Positions 12,485 through 24,758 are shown, counted from the whole stretch's first letter. The stretch is DNA of 63,270 nucleotides, filler included, from Octopus bimaculoides (GCF_001194135.2; 10 parts of 9 records of this genome joined end to end with filler, not necessarily neighbours in it), one strand, 5' to 3'. Made by a program: numbers and translations. Notes: generated by a model not told the origin, from the letters alone.

Positions 12485-15400
12485 NNNNNNNNNNNNNNNN
12501 NNNNNNNNNNNNNNNNNNNNNNNNNNNNNNNNNNNNNNNNNNNNNNNNNNNNNNNNNNNNNNNNNNNNNNNNNNNNNNNNNNNNNNNNNNNNNNNNNNNN
12601 NNNNNNNNNNNNNNNNNNNNNNNNNNNNNNNNNNGTGTGTGTTTGTGCGTGTGTGTGCGTGCGTGCGTGCGTGCGTGTGTTTGTATGCATGCCTGTAGTT
12701 GCCAGTTTGTCAGATGCGACCACAGAATTAGATTTCTTTCAGTCTTCGACGATTCAACAATTAAAAGTAGCCAAACAGTATGTGTTTTTAAAAAAAGTAT
12801 TGGAATATAGATTAAAATGGACATCTAATGTATACAAAAATAACCGTTTATTGAAAGTCAGTTACCTTTGGACAATTTTTCATATAGAGCATTAATGAAA
12901 TATTATTTAAACATAATGTGTTGCTGAAATTATTCATACATTTCTGTAACTTAATGTTCTCGAAAATAACTTTAAATGTTTTTTTCTTAAACTAATGTTC
13001 CATTTGAGTGTTGTTTGTTATGTGCAAGATTTAATGGATCAGAAGTAAACAAAATAAAGAGATAGCATACGCTGTTAACCTGGTGGATTTATAGTTTGCC
13101 AGCTAAAACAAGTTTAAAGGTGTGTGGATTGATGACTGATTCTGTTCTGTGAGTTGTTTTCGGTAATTTCAGTACAGAAATGAGAAATTGGAAAAGTCAA
13201 CTGCTCGACTTAATGAAAGATGAATTTATCAGCTATGACAATATTCTCTTCTATTTCTCCATTAGCTTACTTCTATATAACTGGGAAAACCCCAATAGAC
13301 ATGGATTACTATATATAAAGAAAAAAAAAAGATAACGAAAATCGAATGCTAATGCACAAAACAGATTGAGCAGTGAAAATCTCATCCTATCCTAGTATTC
13401 CTTGTTCCTGGAGTAAATGGTATTACTGGTGTGCTGGCTGACTATGGGATAAGATACGAGTGCAGAAATTGTTGGGGGTAAAACTGGATTGCTAGTGATA
13501 TGTTGAGATGTTTATAGAGTTGTTTGAGACGGTTGATATCAACATATCGAATGTGAAATAATTTCTTTTCTGCATCTCAAAAGTACATTGGTGACTTATA
13601 TAGAGGACAAAAATAAGTTCCCCACACCAAGCATGTGTTAGAAATGCTTCAAACCGAGACAAGCTTCTTGCAATTCCCATCAAAAAGTGATTTATATGAT
13701 TTCTATTGATCGAAAACAGAGAAGAGAAAAGTTACTACGCTACATTGTCTACCAGCCACTATAATCCACCCACATGTTATGCAACATCTGTTTCATCCAC
13801 GAACAAGCATAGTGTTGCGTCTACTCTGAAGTGAGCTAGAATAGTAAGCTTCTAGTCTCGGCTAACTTTCACTTTCTATTCCTGAGCAATTCGGTGAGTC
13901 GTTGTGAATACTTCACCGCAGCTACAAATAAACAGAAGTTGATAAGATCTAGAAATTCCCTTAACATCTCGGATGATTGTCGCTTTTCTCTTCCAGAGTG
14001 GTTCTACATCTTAGTCGACCACATGAACGAGGAAAAGCAGAAATAAGGCACCAAACAAGCAATTACTGGAACTCAGGAGTATACCCCAAATAGTCATTTG
14101 CTAGACGAGGAAGCGAAAGTCTTCTTGATGTTTGACTGCCGTTGAACATGTGATAAGCAAATCATTGAGGCATTTATATCTGAAGGGAAAACATCAGATG
14201 ATGTCATTACAATATCTCTAAAATACGTCTTGCAGAGTCTAATAGTCATCAACGTGATTATCGCCTTGGAAATAACTCCAGCCTTTGTGTGGGTCTGTGT
14301 GCGCTCTGTTTGTGCAGTATTTAAAAGGAACAACATTCTGCAAGTAAGGTTCGAGTAAAAATTTTGGATGGTGCTGGTGTTGAGTGCATGACAGTCACCT
14401 CAATGATATCAATTGCTTAGTGTCTTTATGGAGACCATATCGTTGCTATTATACAAAAGTGTCATAAATCCAAAACGTAGCTTTTTCAGAAAAAGAAAAT
14501 GTAGTTTCACCATTCCATAGCAAAACCGTTGTACTACACTTTGACAATTTTCATATCTTGGCATCTGAAGCAGCTGGAGATACGATAGTTTCACCAAAAC
14601 AACCGGCTATTGCAAGTAAAAATAAATATTGAAAAAAATGTATTTGGTCAAATTTGGACATACGACTGTTTAACATAATAGCAACGATATGTATTTGTGA
14701 CAATTGTTCTTGAAGTGGCGTAGTATTCCGGATTTGAAGAAATGAGCGAAGTCACACACCCAGAGCTGTACTCTGGGTGTGTGATGCCTGGTTACGGATG
14801 AAGTCTGCTATATCTTGATATCTTGAAGTTGCTTCTATTAACACCAGGATGACTGAAGTCATATGAATGGTGACACTTCCTTGTACAGTAAGCTTCATTG
14901 TGGAGTCGATAAACTGTTGATATTTAGTATCTACTAATTGAACAAGCTGTTGGAGGAAGTAAGCTACAATGATAAGGATAGGGGTAGGCAACTCTGCAAC
15001 GATGAATGCCCGTCTTAGTCTAATTAGATATAATACGTCAACTAAAATAAGTGACGAGTCGAAACGGCCAGGTAGAGTTGTCGCCTCTAATTATTGAAGA
15101 GGATGTTTCCATCGTTCAAACGAGGTTGATACAACAAGCACAGTCACCAAATCTTGAATTTATAGATGTGCTGTAATGTTCCATTGGAAAAACATTATCT
15201 CTACATCAGAAACTTGCTGTTAGATCAGAAACATGAAAGTTCAATAAAGAAAATGGTTTGTTCGAAAATCAGGGGTCATCAATGTGAAAAATAAATGATC
15301 ACAAAGACACCAACAATAGTTATTTCGTTAATTTCCATTTGCCATGCAAAATAAATTTTCCAGTCTATAGTAGCATTAGAGTTTAAAGTAGCTAAACAGC

Positions 15401-15574
15401 AAATGTTTCTAGAATAGCAGTGAAAACAAGTTAGAAATTAAAAAACATCGAGAGTAAAAAATAAAAAATAAAAATTCGACAATAAGTTGCCTTTAGACAA
15501 CTTTCAATATACAACATTAATAAAAGTTTAGATAAGCATATGTTGTCAAAAGAGTCCATGCGTATATGCAATTC

Positions 15575-17589
15575 TGTTATAAGGCAGTCTTTTGCCACTG
15601 TTGTATCTATCTCTGTACGACGGTTGTCGCTCTGACAGATGTTGTTATATTCCGAAGATGTAGATAGGATGTGTTCGATCTAGCATGGTACGACTCCCAG
15701 TTGTACAGTGTTATTATCCCCAAAAGATTGGATCATTATAACGTCTACTCGGTATCACAGTATAATTACTATATCAGCATAGACACGACTATCAACACAG
15801 TTTACACGTACTCTACGTATTCTCTCGATACCGGCCGACGTCACCTTACTTATAGTGACTAATTCATTCCACTCATCACGTGGCAGAGGTGTACCATTAT
15901 TACTAATTCCCTACATCTCCCCTTTTAAGTTTTTCTTAGGAAGTGTCATTTTATTTAGCAATACTATTTTTATTCACCCTACCTCCCATTTTTTAGTTTT
16001 TGTTTTTCGAACGATTTAATGTTTTCTCTTGGCATCAATTTTCAGGAACTCTGAATTTTTCTTTTCCTCTCACTTGTACGCCTAGGTTCAATCACCTGCA
16101 CTGGCGTTGGTACTTGGAACGTATCGTACAATTCCATGGGTTCCTCCAACTTCTTTGGTTCGCTTTCCAAGAATCTCTTTTCAGTTGGTTCCTGTGTCTC
16201 TTTTGTATGCCATTTCTACTTTTTACTCAATACATCATTTTACGTATGTATTTGGTAATTTCGCCCTCTTCTTATTTCTGATTTCCATTTTTGTATGTCC
16301 TCATATACACCTTATCACCAACTTTAAAAAAATCTTGCTATGTCTTCTCTAGTACTTTTTCTTTTCTTGCCAGGTAGTAATTTATCAAAAAATGACTCTA
16401 CATTCCTTGCAAACATTAGTTCCACTGGTGAGCTACCTGCTGATGTATTCGGATTTGATGTTACACGGCACACTCTTTAAAATTGTGCTCTCCTTATTTG
16501 CTTTTCTTAAAGCTCTTTTGAAAATATCAGCAAAGCGTTCTGCCTTCCATTAGATCTGAGATGGTATGGTGCCGTAGTTATATGTTCTACCGCGAAAATT
16601 TCACAAAATTATTTAAAATTCGCTAGACACAAATTGCGTTACATTGTCATCAATTACTTGTCCTCAGTATTGGTGTTTTTGTTTTGGTTTTTCTTTTTCT
16701 TTTTCTTTTTGCAGCAAGAATTCACACTTTACCTCCACAACAAAGGGAAGTCACTTAAATTTACTATAAGCCATGATGTGTGTTAATTTTTAACAAATGT
16801 GTGCATGTGTAACTAACAAATCGTTCACCCATGTTAGAAAATCTGTACAAACTCTTCGTTTGTCATTCCTCTTTTTCACGTAAACCGTCGGTGCTGCCCA
16901 GTCTGCGTGGTCATTCTTTTCAGTTATACCAAGACTTTCCAGTTTTTTGTTAACCTGGTCTATTACTGCAAACGTACATTTCTTTTTGGCCTACATACGG
17001 GTATTTCATATTTTACTGCAATTTTTTGCTTCGGACTTTCGACCTCATTTGGACCTTCGACTGAGACGACTATATTTCTACACAAAACACTAATGGGTGT
17101 ATCCCATAAATTAAATAGTTCTATCCTCTCTGTACCAGATAAATTAAGTGAATGCTTGTTAACTCCTCTATAAGTTTCTATTAACTCCAGGTGAATCGGT
17201 TAATCCTCGTCGAGTTTATCAATTTCTCGTAAATTGCTTAAATCCTCTTCGAGCGTCTATTAACTCCATGTGAATAGGTTTATCCTCGTCGCCACAATTA
17301 CAAAGCGGTCTTTTACCACTGTTGTATCTGTCTTTATACAACGGTTGTCGCTCTGACAGATATTGTTATATTCCGAAGTCGTCTGGCACTGTACAACCCC
17401 TAGTTGTAGTGTTATTATCCTCAAAAGGTTGGATCGTTATAACGTCCACTGAGTATCACAGTATAATTATTATATCAGCGAAAACACGACTATCAACACA
17501 TTCTACTTCTCTCGATACCGGCCGACGTCACCTTACTTATATTGACTCATTCTACGCGTCACGTGGGAGGGTGTGTCATTATTACAACA
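15575..17589 (-). mobile_element. internally deleted Ty3/gypsy LTR retrotransposon (Mag-like)
   Basis: LTRs 15575-15915 and ~17296-17589; AATTC TSD at 15570-15574 and 17590-17594; PBS TGGCGACGAGGAT (rc 17282-17294); PPT AAAAGGGGAGA (rc 15916-15926). RT remnants (DWAAPTVYVKKRN..RRVCTDF, INTHHGL) and integrase remnants (EHITTAPYH.RSNG, SPVELMFAR). Confidence 0.92.
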
Positions 17590-18207
17590 AATTCAATGTT
17601 GTAGAAAATATTATTTAATGAATGTGTTTGAGTTAACGTTTCATTTGAGAGTCACGTGTTCGAAGAGTTAATTGAACAGAAGAGTTAATTGAACGAAAAA
17701 GAAAATAGCGTACGTATTTTCAATCTGGTGGAAATATAGTCTGCTAAATGATTTATTGTTCAGTTTAAAATGTCTTGTGATTTTAAGCAGCTGAAAATCT
17801 GAGTAAAGAATTGCTGATTTTGCATTGTAAGGTATTTCGCTGAAAAAATTAACTGCTAGATTTACTGAATGCTGTGTAAATGCAGTGGCCCGGGAACAAA
17901 ATTTGCTTAGGGGGTGCAAACTCAGTTCCAAAATTTGGCACTACTGGAGAAGTGTGGATCCAAGTTCTGGGAGTGTGCATGTCACAAATTTGCGCATGCG
18001 CACGCGTTAGTCGTAAGTAGTCGAATTTAGCACTCAGGTAAAAAACGAGACGCTCGCTACTTGCTGTAAATGGAGGGTGGGTTATCCATCTAATACAAGA
18101 AGAAAATTGCAGATTAATTGAATAAAAACATGAAAAATAACAAAATGATATTTCATTGAAAAGTAAACCATTCTGAAAGATAGTTCAGAATGTTTTCAAA
18201 ACATTCA

Positions 18208-18307
18208 NNNNNNNNNNNNNNNNNNNNNNNNNNNNNNNNNNNNNNNNNNNNTTAATTAATTAANNNNNNNNNNNNNNNNNNNNNNNNNNNNNNNNNNNNN
18301 NNNNNNN
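18208..18307. other. assembly join: 44 N + TTAATTAATTAA + 44 N (first of nine)
   Basis: Same 100-bp pattern with linkers at 18252, 41629, 47654, 54458, 55627, 56771, 58019, 59221 and 61719. Confidence 0.95.
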
Positions 18308-18538
18308 GTGACAAGGCTGACCCTTTGAATTACAGGCACAACAGAAAGAGGAAGTAAGAGTGAGAGAAAGTTGTGGTGGAAGAGTACAGCAGGGTTCGCC
18401 ACCATCCCCTGCCGGAGCCTCGTGGAGCTTTAGGTGTTTTCGCTCAATGAACACTAACAACGCCCGGTCTGGGAATCGAAACCGCGATCCTATGAACGCG
18501 AGTCTGCTGCCCTAACCACTGGGCCATTGCGCCTCCAC
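18308..18538 (-). mobile_element. tRNA-derived SINE (same family as 3653-4004), 3' part lost in gap
   Basis: Reverse complement starts TGGAGGCGCAATGGCCCAGTGGTTAGGGCAGCAGACTCG. Confidence 0.85.
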
Positions 18539-19134
18539 TATATCCATGTATACACATACACATACACACATGTGCACATACACACACACAAATACACATA
18601 CATGCGTATAAACATACACATGTATACACATACACACATGTACACAAACATACACATANNNNNNNNNNNNNNNNNNNNNNNNNNNNNNNNNNNNNNNNNN
18701 NNNNNNNNNNNNNNNNNNNNNNNNNNNNNNNNNNNNNNNNNNNNNNNNNNNNNNNNNNAGCATGGAAAGCGGACGTTAAACGACGACGATGATGATGATG
18801 ATACATATGATAGCCACAGGGTTTTTGATGTCAGCTTGAACTTTGCCTTATCTTTGCTGGGTTTGCAAGGACAATTCCTCCCTCTTTTCCCCTTATAATC
18901 TTTCTTCTTTCTTTTTTTGTTTCTGTCCTGCATCCCTAATCCTCATTGAATACATGAATAATTATGATACAAAATTTTATTGTCTCTGATCTCTGCCCTT
19001 TGTGCATTGCTAACAGCCCTTTAAATTGCAATGATTCTTCAAATCTACTCACTTGTTCTGCTACTGCTTGGTAATGTTAGTTCATTTGAATATTCTTATC
19101 CCACTTATTTTTTTATTCTTTTATTCTTTATTCT

Positions 19135-19338
19135 TTTACTTGTTTGAGTCATTTGACTGTGGCCATGCTGGAGCACCACCTTTAGTCAAGCAAATTGACC
19201 CCAGGACTTATTCTTTGCAAGCCTAGTACTTATTCTATTGGTTCTTTTGCCAAACTGCTAAGTTATGTAAATACACCAGCATCGGTTGCCAAGCAATAAT
19301 GGAGGGTGGACAAACACAGACACACACACACGCGCACA

Positions 19339-19398
<60 letters not shown>

Positions 19399-19399
19399 N
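19135..19399 (-). mobile_element. SINE 3' half (family with central (TG)n)
   Basis: GTCATTTGACTGTGGCCATGCTGGAGCACC...CCCCAGGACTTATTCTTTG.AAGCCTAGTACTTATTC, shared with the 29-32 kb copies. Confidence 0.8.
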
Positions 19400-19815
19400 N
19401 NNNNNNNNNNNNNNNNNNNNNNNNNNNNNNNNNNNNNNNNNNNNNNNNNNNNNNNNNNNNNNNNNNNNNNNNNNNNNNNNNNNNNNNNNNNNNNNNNNNN
19501 NNNNNNNNNNNNNNNNNNNNNNNNNNNNNNNNNNNNNNNNNNNNNNNNNNNNNNNNNNNNNNNNNNNNNNNNNNNNNNNNNNNNNNNNNNNNNNNNNNNN
19601 NNNNNNNNNNNNNNNNNNNNNNNNNNNNNNNNNNNNNNNNNNNNNNNNNNNNNNNNNNNNNNNNNNNNNNNNNNNNNNNNNNNNNNNNNNNNNNNNNNNT
19701 ATATATATATATATACACATATATATACACACACACACATATCTATATCTATATCTATATCTACACCTATCTATCTATCTATCTATCTATCTATTTATCT
19801 ATATATATATATATA

Positions 19816-20139
19816 GCAATAAGAAAATGGAGGGGAATATGTGGTACTCATCAACTTGCAGACATTGTATTATGTTAATTTATCTGTTTATTTTTCAACT
19901 AAGAGGACAGGGCAATAAAAACAATATACAAACATATACGACATATTATGTCATATCAGTAATAAAAAATTAAAAAGGACATCTAGTGACCGAAGAAGGG
20001 GCAATGTCTTACAGCTGTTTCAGCCTAGTGGTGACATGCCTCATTCTATCTATATAACTCCAGTAAACTGGAGTAATTGATAGATGAAATGGATGAAATA
20101 GAGGTACGTGTATGATTCTCTAGGCCTCTTCAGAGATAT
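19816..20139 (-). mobile_element. repeat family B (PLE pseudo-LTR-like) abutting (TA)n
   Basis: Homologous to 7638-7951; contains the complete hammerhead listed next. Confidence 0.7.
20004..20139 (-). ncRNA. type-I hammerhead ribozyme candidate with ~105-nt stem II
   Basis: Minus strand: ATATCT-CTGAAGA-GGCCTAG[91 nt]CTAGGCT-GAAA-CAGCTG-TA/AGACAT. Confidence 0.72.
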
Positions 20140-20683
20140 ACAAAGTTCATGAAGTTAATTTACAATATACAAATATAAACAAAAAACATAAAAATCATAA
20201 AAACCCACATATATATGTATATACATGCATACTTTGACATATATAGATATACATAAATAAATAAACTTAGATACATGAATATATTTTGTACATTTAAATG
20301 TACATACATAAACATCTATACATGCACACCAATGAGTCAATTGTTATTGTTATTATACATAAGGACACATATATATACCCACCCACACATCTATACATAC
20401 ATACACATTTGTGTATATAAGCATTCCCGTACATTCATGCTTCCTGGTACATAAGCTTTAGTTGCGTTTGGAAAGGAGGACCAGTGTATTGGTTCCTATC
20501 GCTATATTTCCAGCAGTCCTGTTTATGATAGAGGAATTTATATAAAAAGATATTTCGTGAGCATTGTTATAATAATAATAATGTCCAGACTTCTATAACC
20601 TGTGATGAGATACTCTGTTATTTTCTGCTTATGGAGAAGTTAGAATCCTATATATATATATATACATATCTATATATATACAA

Positions 20684-20716
<33 letters not shown>

Positions 20717-20749
20717 AAATCAAAATAAGCAACACGATATATATATACA

Positions 20750-21617
20750 CAGGGTAGGTGGAAAAGTAACTAGACATTAGAAATTGCTTATAGGATTTTT
20801 AGCATCACTGAAGTAATGACGAAAACATTTTTTAAACAGACAACACTAATGGGGATTTTTTATTTTCTTATTGTTTTATTTCTTATTTCTTATTTTCCAG
20901 ATGACTGTTCAGGAGCAATCTAAGATAACAGCACGCTGTGGAGTGCGAAATTCCATTGTTTTAGTTCAGAAATGGTGGCTTTCATGGAAAGGTAAGCATG
21001 CAACACTACGTCCAGAGACAATAAAAAGTAGTCATGCAAAGCTGATGAACGATGCAAGAAGAAATGGCCGTCCAACCACATCCCATTCAGTGGAGAATGT
21101 GGCAACAGCGCAGGAAATGTTTAACCACAGCCTGCAAAAATCAACACGTCAAGCAGCTTGTGAAAGTGGACTAACAAGACACACAATACGGACAGTGTTG
21201 CATAAAGAATTGGATTTTCGTCTGTGGAAAACCCATTCCATGCAGGAGCTAAAACCTAAAGACTGTGATCACAGAAGTCCAGAAGTTCAGATCTCACTCC
21301 ATGTGATTTTTACCTGTAGGGGTGACACAAAAGTGGAGGTGGACAAGATAAAACTTTGCACACTTAAGGACTTGAAGACACGGATTCAGGAGGTTCTCAA
21401 TGATATCCCAGACGACACCCTTCTGAAGGTTGTCCATTCCATCCCTGGCCATTTGAGGAAACTGGTTGACACTACTGGTGCTTACGTTGAAATATGAAGA
21501 TTTACTTTCATTTACCCATGTAATAAAGAACATATATCATTTGTTTCAATAAATTTGTCAAAGGAATATGGATTTTATTGCCAATTTTTAATGTCTGCTT
21601 ATTTTCCACTCAACATG
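20750..21617 (+). mobile_element. internally deleted Tc1/mariner-superfamily element (DUF4817-type N-terminus)
   Basis: Imperfect ~28-bp TIRs (CAGGGTAGGTGGAAAAGTAACTAGACATT vs rc CATGTTGAGTGGAAAATAAGCAGACATT). ORF has RNGRPTTS, QKSTRQAA, HKELDFR.WK, an out-of-frame S.DLTPCDFYL and C-terminal TLKDLKTRI...GAYVE. Confidence 0.8.
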
Positions 21618-22138
21618 TATAAATATATTTATATTAAAACAATAACATAACAAGTCTGGTCATAGAGTGACCAATGGTTTTGCATCAACGAAAGCTACAG
21701 CCTTGTGGACAGCTAATCAGACAGACTCTATACAGACAAATTTAACTCTTCACCTCTTGGAGGGGGAAAGTTGTTATGGTCAATTGGTCAAAAGGCCATC
21801 AGAAAATAAAAGAGTCTGGTGTTGGTGAGGATGGGTTATCTCCCCTGCACCAGCTATTTGGGGAACAAGGATCTATCTCTTGTCCTACTAACATAGCGTA
21901 AGGACTCTCACGAGCTTAGTCAGTAAACAGGGAATCCCAATTTTGCAGCAGGTAGCACATGAAATGGATACATTGTGTGAATGTGTATTTATACATGTAT
22001 TTATATATTTTGATGAGCTAAAATATATGTCCGGTTATTCTATGACTGGACATATATTTCATTGCATGTAAGTACATTACTGCTCTATCCTTTTGAGCGT
22101 GTTTCTTTTTCTGATACATGATTCACTAACGATATATA

Positions 22139-22719
22139 CACAGACATGCAGGAAGCAAACAGACACCTTTAATTTTCAAAATTTCTGTTCTAAGCGTCTT
22201 AATATGTTTTCAGCGGTGTAGAATTTACAATGTAATTATCCTTTTCCATTCCAGGTGCCATTTCATTAAACATTTGCAAAGAGTAACCATGCCACGCACA
22301 AAAAAATCAGCACAACCATCAGATTTTCAAAGAGGTTGTATTGTTGGGCAATATGAGGTTGGTCTTAAGCCAGCGAAAAATTGCCGAAAATCTTCAAATT
22401 CCTCTTGCTACTGTTAATAGAATTACAGTGCAATTCAAAAGCCAAGGAAAAGAATCAACAAATTCTTGTCCCGGCCAAACTGGGCCATCGGAAAGGAAGC
22501 TTCGCTGTTTGAAGAGAATTGTGGAAAACGAACCCCGCTCGAAGGCTTCTGACATTGCAAAATAGTTAGAAGTTAGTCCAAGAACGTGTGTTACATATCT
22601 GCATAAGCTTGGGTATTATGGACGAGCAGCTAGAAGAAAACCTCTCCTTCAACCAATTAATATCAAATAAAAGAGTTTGAAAATTAAAGGTGCCTATTAA
22701 CTTCCTGCATGTCTGTGTG
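22139..22719 (+). mobile_element. non-autonomous Tc1-like element (~580 bp) keeping only the DNA-binding region
   Basis: ~45-bp TIRs CACAGACATGCAGGAAG...CACCTTTAATTTTCAAA flanked by TA. Broken ORF SDFQRGCIVG...SQRKIAENLQIPLATVNRI...LHKLGYYGRAARRKPLL. Confidence 0.88.
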
Positions 22720-22819
22720 TATATATACATACACACACACACATATGTGTATATAAGTGTGTATATATATGTGCGTGTGTGTGTGTCTATGTATGTATAT
22801 ATATGCATATATGTACGTA

Positions 22820-22998
22820 AAAGCACCTACTACATTCTCTGAGTGGTTGGCGTTAGGAAGGGCATCCAGCTGTAGAAACTCTGCCAAATTTAGATTGGAG
22901 CCTGGTGTTGCCATCCGGTTTCACCAGTCCTCAGTCAAATCGTCCAACCCATGCTAGCATGGAAAGCGGACGTTAAACGATGATGATGATGATGATGA
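22820..22998 (+). mobile_element. RTE-type LINE/SINE 3' end with (GAT)n tail
   Basis: GGTTGGCGTTAGGAAGGGCATCCAGCTGTAGAAAC...CATGGAAAGCGGACGTTAAACGATGATGAT; same tail at 18759-18800, 33465-33770 and 39290-39467. Confidence 0.8.
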
Positions 22999-23695
22999 TA
23001 TGTGTGTATATACTTATATGTCTGAATATGTGTCTCTTTATTTTGACATTACATGATAGATGTAAGCAAGCCTTCCTGGCATGCAAGTGATGTCAACTTC
23101 AATTCTCTTGAGCTAGTGGATTCGTTGAGTATAAAGACAGATTGGCTCCTTGTTTCTCTGGGACTGGTGAAATTGATACAGAAGCCTCTGATGAAACCCC
23201 AATAAGACTCGAAAATCAATTATGGCTGTACATCATTCTTTCCTATCTACAGACAAATAACTACATTTGCTATGTTTATATATAGGTTGCATATATCATT
23301 GAATTAAAGTATAGGAAGACTAGAATAAAAATATTAGAATGCAGAAGAGTTACATTGGAACATTAGAATATTAGAATAGTTATATAGAATATCAGAATGT
23401 AGAAATATCGACTATTCCAGTGAAGTGTGAAGACGGTAAATTCTCATACACACATATATATTCTTTAATTATGTATAATCATTATATTTAAGTGTGCGAA
23501 AGTAATTTTATGATATTAACCTCATATAAGAAATGCGTTGAACAGGTTGCCAAGAAATATTGATTGAATATTTTGGTTTTGTGTCTTGCAAATATAGAAA
23601 ACAATATCATGATGGTGTCAAGTTTGATGGACCAGAAATGCCAACTGTCAGTCGTAGTCACAGAAAAGAGAGTGGCTTACCCTGTGTCCTCTGTA

Positions 23696-23726
<31 letters not shown>

Positions 23727-23852
23727 GTACATACATACATATGTACATACATACATACATACATGCGTACATACATACATACGTACATACATACACTCCC
23801 ATACACACAGATATACATATATATAATATAAATTTATATGTACATACATATT

Positions 23853-23885
<33 letters not shown>

Positions 23886-23931
23886 ATATATATATGTGTA
23901 TATATATATGTAATTATATATATTTATATAT

Positions 23932-24000
<69 letters not shown>

Positions 24001-24483
24001 NNNNNNNNNNNNNNNNNNNNNNNNNNNNNNNNNNNNNNNNNNNNNNNNNNNNNNNNNNNNNNNNNNNNNNNNNNNNNNNNNNNNNNNNNNNNNNNNNNNN
24101 NNNNNNNNNNNNNNNNNNNNNNNNNNNNNNNNNNNNNNNNNNNNNNNNNNNNNNNNNNNNNNNNNNNNNNNNNNNNNNNNNNNNNNNNNNNNNNNNNNNN
24201 NNNNNNNNNNNNNNNNNNNNNNNNNNNNNNNNNNNNNNNNNNNNNNNNNNNNNNNNNNNNNNNNNNNNNNNNNNNNNNNNNNNNNNNNNNNNNNNNNNNN
24301 NNNNNNNNNNNNNNNNNNNNNNNNNNNNNNNNNNNNNNNNNNNNNNNNNNNNNNNNNNNNNNNNNNNNNNNNNNNNNNNNNNNNNNNNNNNNNNNNNNNN
24401 NNNNNNNNNNNNNNNNNNNNNNNNNNNNNNNNNNNNNNNNNNNNNNNNNNNNNNNNNNNNNNNNNNNNNNNNNNNNNNNNNNN

Positions 24484-24521
<38 letters not shown>

Positions 24522-24522
24522 G

Positions 24523-24758
24523 AGAAGAAAATGGATGTAAATAACAAGGGGAATCTCGTCGTTTTCATTGGTATGCTTTTAATTTAATTAGATAACAAAG
24601 AAGAAGGTAGCATTTATAATCGTTTCAATTGACTAGTTTTAGTAAATCTCTTCAGAATGCAAAAAATAGATTGATACATCGGGCAGAATTAATACAAATT
24701 AAAGGCATACCAGTGATAACCACAGGTTTCCCCTTGTTATTTACATCCATTTTCTTCT
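24523..24758. mobile_element. foldback element: 63-bp inverted arms enclosing a hammerhead-like motif
   Basis: Arms 24523-24585 and 24696-24758: first 31 nt identical, 7 mismatches overall; TA runs next to both ends. Confidence 0.85.
24610..24660 (-). ncRNA. type-I hammerhead ribozyme candidate, CpG-decayed
   Basis: Minus strand: GCATT-CTGAAGA-GATTTACTA AAAC TAGTCAATT-GAAA-CGATTA-TA/AATGC; perfect 5-bp stem I. Confidence 0.68.

Noticed and set aside
15047-15078. GTGACGAGTCGAAACGGCCAGGTA hammerhead-like string
   Set aside because: C3 is altered and there is no stem I pairing; likely chance.
13480-15100. Block resembling decayed coding sequence (e.g. KILDGAGV)
   Set aside because: Many stops and no motif set I can assign with confidence; needs a profile search (HMMER/tBLASTx).
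21660-21705. GTGACCAATGGTT...AACGAAAGCTA possible decayed hammerhead
   Set aside because: Two or more core changes and no convincing stem I.
23185-23230. CTGATGA...GAAAATCAATTA motif
   Set aside because: Stem II does not pair and the first stem I pair is a mismatch.
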